DNA of 64,000 nt from an uncultured Planctomycetaceae bacterium. GTDB lineage: Bacteria; Planctomycetota; Planctomycetia; Isosphaerales; Isosphaeraceae. The stretch lies in contig CAWIAD010000001.1 of the NCBI GenBank assembly GCA_963833985.1, forward strand, positions 896,001 to 960,000, given 5' to 3'. Positions 60,083-64,000 of the stretch are shown in pieces. Position 1 is the first letter of the stretch. The number at the start of each line of letters is the position of its first letter. The notes under the pieces were generated by a model that saw only the letters and a program-made list of their open reading frames with translations, was not told where the DNA came from and made no database searches. The position numbers and the translations under genes are program-made.

Positions 60083-61513
60083 ATGCCATCTCCTGGAGGA
60101 CGAGGATTTCTGGGGCGATCCGCCTTCGTGCGCGGCCTTGCGGGATTCCTCAGCCTTCTCTTGCAGGTCAGCCCCGCTCCATGCGCCGGCGCTCAGCAGG
60201 CCGGCGAAAAGACCGTCCCCGGATCAATGGGCGGACCCTGGCGGGCGCTTGGCCGGGTGCTGGACCAGGACGGAAAGCCGTTCGCGGGCGTCGAGGTCAG
60301 AGCGTTCTGTGGCTCGGGAACATTACGCCGCACCGGCAGCGCCACCAGCGGTGAGGACGGGCGGTACGAGGTCAACTTCGGTCCCGGTATCCTGTCCCCG
60401 GGTGGCCCCACCCTCCAGGCCGCCACCATCTCGGCGATCAAGCCTGGTTATTTCGAGGAGAACCTGAACAGGCAGGGCGGATGCCTTGCCGCTGGCGCGA
60501 TGCCCGACGACCAGCAGCTCGAGCAATGGGGTGGGAGCAAGGACCGCCTGTTCCTGCCGGGCCATGCTCTGGAACTGAACTTCAAGATGCGGCCGGCAGC
60601 GCGTGTCTCGGGAACGCTGCTGGACGAGCAAGGGAAGCCGCTGACCGGCTACTGGGTGGGTCTCGGAGGGTCCGAGAACCCGCCATCGATGGGCGCGGTC
60701 ATTCCGTGCGCTGCCGATGCTCAGGGCCGGTTCTTGCTGGAAGACATCCCGACCACTTTTCGATATCAATTCGGGGTCCGCAAAGCCGACCCCAGACCGC
60801 CCTGGGACGACTCCTGGGCCAGCGCGGCTGTGCGCTTCGAGCGACCCGAACAGGGGGACATGCTGGCCTGGTTCGGCGATCGGCAGATCCGCATCCAGCG
60901 TCTAGAACTCCGCATCGCCGGACCGGGCGTGCATGGCCGGACCGCGATGCCGGTGGCCGGCAACTCCGGCCGGCTTCACCTTACCGCCCTTGCAGCGACG
61001 GACGTGTTGCAGGACACCAGGGCGTTGCTGGCCGTGAAGATGGGCGTGCTCACGCTGCGTAACAGAACGGACCCGGAAATGAGCCGGTCGCTGATCCCGG
61101 AGTCGGTACCGGTGGCACCCGAGGAGACTTCAACCCGCCTCGCCCGCACGCGGCCAAACGAAGCGGGGGAGTTCATCATCTCGTTTCAAAACCCGCGCGG
61201 CATCAAGCTCGTGCCGGGCGAGCATCAGGTGATCTTCCAGGTATTCGTCGGGGTGTCGCGGCAGCCGATCCGCCAAAAAATCTTCCGGCAGCTTGAGATC
61301 CAGGACCGACGCTACCATGTGCCTGTGAAAGTCGCTCCCGAGTGGATCGATGACAGTCGCGTCTCCATCGTGTTCCTGACGATCCAGCCCGATCACAACG
61401 CCTGGGTCAAGTCCTTCTTCCAGGACGGGAAGGGGACACGCTACAAGGGAACCTGGAGTGAAGACAGCGCGATTTTGCCCGCGATCCCACTCACAGCGCA
61501 GGACGGCAAGTGA
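60083..61513 (+). CDS. Secreted protein with carboxypeptidase-regulatory-like (Ig/transthyretin-like) domains
   Basis: GRVLDQDGKPFAGVEV...SGEDGRY; SGTLLDEQGKPLTG...DAQGRF. Confidence 0.65.
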   Translation: MPSPGGRGFLGRSAFVRGLAGFLSLLLQVSPAPCAGAQQAGEKTVPGSMGGPWRALGRVLDQDGKPFAGVEVRAFCGSGTLRRTGSATSGEDGRYEVNFGPGILSPGGPTLQAATISAIKPGYFEENLNRQGGCLAAGAMPDDQQLEQWGGSKDRLFLPGHALELNFKMRPAARVSGTLLDEQGKPLTGYWVGLGGSENPPSMGAVIPCAADAQGRFLLEDIPTTFRYQFGVRKADPRPPWDDSWASAAVRFERPEQGDMLAWFGDRQIRIQRLELRIAGPGVHGRTAMPVAGNSGRLHLTALAATDVLQDTRALLAVKMGVLTLRNRTDPEMSRSLIPESVPVAPEETSTRLARTRPNEAGEFIISFQNPRGIKLVPGEHQVIFQVFVGVSRQPIRQKIFRQLEIQDRRYHVPVKVAPEWIDDSRVSIVFLTIQPDHNAWVKSFFQDGKGTRYKGTWSEDSAILPAIPLTAQDGK

Positions 61514-61748
61514 CCGCATCCGGCCCGCAGCAACCGTTCAGCTTTCCCCGCCCCGGTGATCGCGCTTCGCTTCCCTCTTGCACACCTCGTCGAAAGGGCA
61601 GGGAAGTCCTGGCCGAGCTCGCGCTCGACGCATGCACGGAAAACGCCTACGATAAGAACACCTCAGACGCTGAAAGCAGGGCAGCGAGTTGACCAGGCGA
61701 AACCTGTTTAAGGGATGGCACCGAGCGTTCTCGAACCAGGAGCCCAAC

Positions 61749-62612
61749 ATGCTGAGAAATCGCGCGGCATCCGCAAGCGGCCATGTCCTGCTCGTTCTGG
61801 CGACGTGGTTGCTGGGCTCCGCGCAGCTTCCCGCACAGGAGACCTCGTCTCCAGCCCCGAGACTGCAGTCGCCCGCCAAGGACCGCGCGGGGACGACGAA
61901 GGCCCGCCCGGCGAAGCGTGCCCGGACTCGCCGCGACCGGCCGGGGTTCTACATGGGCCGGCGCATCGCCGACGTGATGTCGTGGCAGGGGGCCGACTGG
62001 CTCTTTCGCGAGACGCGGATCGAGGAAGAGCAGCCTGAGGCCATGCTCGACGCTCTGAAGATTCCCGCGGGGGCCACGGTCGCCGATGTGGGCGCAGGGG
62101 CGGGCTATCATAGCATTCGCCTGGCGCGCCGGGTCGGTCCCAGGGGAACCGTCCTGGCCACTGACCTCCAGACCGAGATGCTTCAGATGCTCCGGCAAAA
62201 CGCACAGGCCGCCGGCGTGACAAACATCAAACCCTTGCTCGCCACACAGCAGGACTCCAGGCTGCCGGAGGAGAAGGTCGACCTGATCCTCATGGTCGAC
62301 GTCTACCACGAATGCACCGATCCGGAGACGACCCTTCAGAACCTACACAAGGCGCTGCGGCCCGGCGGCCGGCTCGTGCTGGTTGAGTTCCGCGCCGAGG
62401 ATGCGGACGTGCCCATCAAACCCGAGCACAAGATGACCCTGAAACAGGTGCGCCGGGAGGTTGAGCCGCAGGGCTTCCAGTTCGTGAACTCGCTCGAGTT
62501 CCTGCCCTGGCAGCATGTCATCATCTTTGACAGGCCGGCGGAGAAGACCGAGGCCGGTAAGCCGAGCGCGCCCGACGCCAGGCCCGCGCTCAGCAAGCCG
62601 GCCTCGCGCTAG
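61749..62612 (+). CDS. Exported class I SAM-dependent methyltransferase
   Basis: Signal; YMGRRIADVM, VADVGAGAGY, VDVYHE, LRPGGRLVLVEF, IKPEHKM, LPWQH. Confidence 0.88.
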   Translation: MLRNRAASASGHVLLVLATWLLGSAQLPAQETSSPAPRLQSPAKDRAGTTKARPAKRARTRRDRPGFYMGRRIADVMSWQGADWLFRETRIEEEQPEAMLDALKIPAGATVADVGAGAGYHSIRLARRVGPRGTVLATDLQTEMLQMLRQNAQAAGVTNIKPLLATQQDSRLPEEKVDLILMVDVYHECTDPETTLQNLHKALRPGGRLVLVEFRAEDADVPIKPEHKMTLKQVRREVEPQGFQFVNSLEFLPWQHVIIFDRPAEKTEAGKPSAPDARPALSKPASR

Positions 62613-62621
62613 TCCCGTCCG

Positions 62622-63331
62622 TCACGAGTCGCGATCATCCTGCTGGCGGCGGAACCCGCGTGCCCGGATGATGAAGAACAGGAGTTGAAGGATACTGGTG
62701 AGCGTGCCGGCGACGTAGGTCATGGCCGCCGCACCCAGCACCTTCTTGACCACCTGGTCTTCCTCGGGTGTGATCAGCCCGTTTTGCTGAAGCTGCTCGC
62801 GCGCCCTGCGGCTGGCGTCAAACTCCACCGGCAGGTTGACAAGCTGGAAGACGACGGTGGTGGAGAAGAGCAGGATCCCGATCCAGACGAGGGTCATCGA
62901 TTGCAGGAAGACGCCCGCCAGGAGCGCCGTGAAGGAGATGTTCGAGCCGATGCCGGCCAGCGGCACGATGAGGTTCCGGACCACCAGGAGCGGGTAATGG
63001 CTGGCGTCCTGGATGGCATGGCCGGCCTCATGGGCAGCGACCCCCACGGCGGCCAGCGAGCGGTCCTGAAAGTTGGAGGCCGAGAGGCGGAGGATCTTCT
63101 TCGAAGGGTCGTAGTGGTCGGTCAACTGGCCGGCCACCGGCTCGATGGGCACGTTGCCGACACCACTCGACCGCATGATCACCGCGGCCGCCTCGGCGCC
63201 GGAAACGCCCGAGGAGGCACGATAGCGCGAGCCCTCCCGGTAGGCCGAAGCGATCCGGGCTTGCGCCAGCCGGCCACGGCCATCCCCGGCAGCATCAACA
63301 GCAGGTAGAGCGGATCGAAGCCCAGCGGCAT
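62622..63331 (-). CDS. Membrane zinc metallopeptidase (YugP-like), frameshift near 63265
   Basis: MPLGFDPLYLLLMLPG start; LTDHYDP, VAAHEAGHAIQ, LPVEFDASRRA, AAAMTYVA. Confidence 0.88.
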
Positions 63332-63387
63332 ATCGGCGGTCCAGATCAGGTTCAGGACAGTCGGGACTCCGGCGAAACCGGTACACG

Positions 63388-64000
63388 CTAGGCCACGCCA
63401 TGGTCCTTGAACCAGGCGAGCATCCGCTTCCAGCCGTCGGCCGCGGCTTCCTTGCGGTAGCTGGGACGATAGTCGGCGAAGAAGGCGTGCGGCGTGTCCG
63501 GGTAAACGATGATCTCGGCCGTCTTGCCAGCCTCCTTGAGCGCAGCACGCATCTTCTCGACCGACTCGACTGGAATCCCCTGGTCCGCCGCTCCATAAAG
63601 CCCCAGGATCGGTGCATGGAGCGAGCCGACCAGGTCAATGGGGTTCTTCGGGTGCAGCTCATCTGGCTCCGAGACCAGCCGGCCGTACCACGCCACGCCC
63701 GCTTTCACTCCGGGATTATGAGCCGAGTAGAGCCAGACGATCCGCCCGCCCCAGCAGAAGCCGGTGATGCCTAGCTTTTCCGTGTTCCCCTTGCTCTGGT
63801 TCTTGGCCCAGGCCACCGTCGCGTCCAGGTCGGACATGACCTGGCGGTCCGGAACCTTGGAGACCACCTTGGAGATGATCTCGCGGATATTCTCGATCCT
63901 GGAGACGTCTCCCTGCCGCGCATACGAGCTCGGTGGCAATCGCCAGGTAACCCAGCTTCGCGAAACGGCGACAGATGTCCTTGATGTGCTCGTGCACTCC
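63388..64000 (-). CDS. Dienelactone hydrolase family protein, 5' truncated, frameshift near 63925
   Basis: [43 protein letters not shown]. Confidence 0.9.
   Translation of the reverse strand, partial: ECTSTSRTSVAVSRSWVTWRLPPSSYARQGDVSRIENIREIISKVVSKVPDRQVMSDLDATVAWAKNQSKGNTEKLGITGFCWGGRIVWLYSAHNPGVKAGVAWYGRLVSEPDELHPKNPIDLVGSLHAPILGLYGAADQGIPVESVEKMRAALKEAGKTAEIIVYPDTPHAFFADYRPSYRKEAAADGWKRMLAWFKDHGVA

Noticed and set aside
62622..63662. Apparent 346-aa ORF joining the dienelactone hydrolase region to the zinc peptidase
   Set aside because: Artefact of the frameshift near 63265; the real start is ATG 63331.
1..64000. Many long antisense or alternate-frame ORFs (e.g. 48232..50184 +, 24026..25807 -, 27118..28761 -, 18827..20422 +, 55338..56996 +)
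   Set aside because: Shadow ORFs of well-supported genes, expected in high-GC DNA; no family motifs.
1..64000. CRISPR arrays, tRNA/rRNA, IS elements, integrases, prophage genes
   Set aside because: I saw no repeat-spacer periodicity, cloverleaf motifs, or transposase/integrase/phage ORFs by eye.

Overview
High-GC bacterial DNA, very likely from a planctomycete (Isosphaeraceae-like). This is inferred from two DUF1549/DUF1553 + DUF1501 modules, a TIGR03067 protein, a DUF1573 protein and a PEP-CTERM protein. About 45 protein-coding genes: alkA-ogt alkylation repair, an orphan antitoxin followed by a decayed PemK/MazF-like toxin stub, secreted hydrolases (YVTN/phosphoesterase, GH172-like, S53, GH26, amidohydrolase), a divergent metallophosphoesterase/nucleotidyltransferase pair, a TetR-MFP-RND-RND-methyltransferase operon with a clear promoter and palindromic operator, a phosphite-type ptxABC transporter with no adjacent ptxD, a MacB/LolD-type ABC pair, a Tex protein carrying a ~350-aa disordered insertion, and a cluster of secreted Cys/His/Gly/Pro-rich proteins of unknown function. 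At least 12 genes are split by single-base indels, most likely long-read consensus errors. I recognised no rRNA, tRNA, CRISPR array, transposase or integrase. All family calls are from motifs read by eye and recalled family knowledge; no database search was run.
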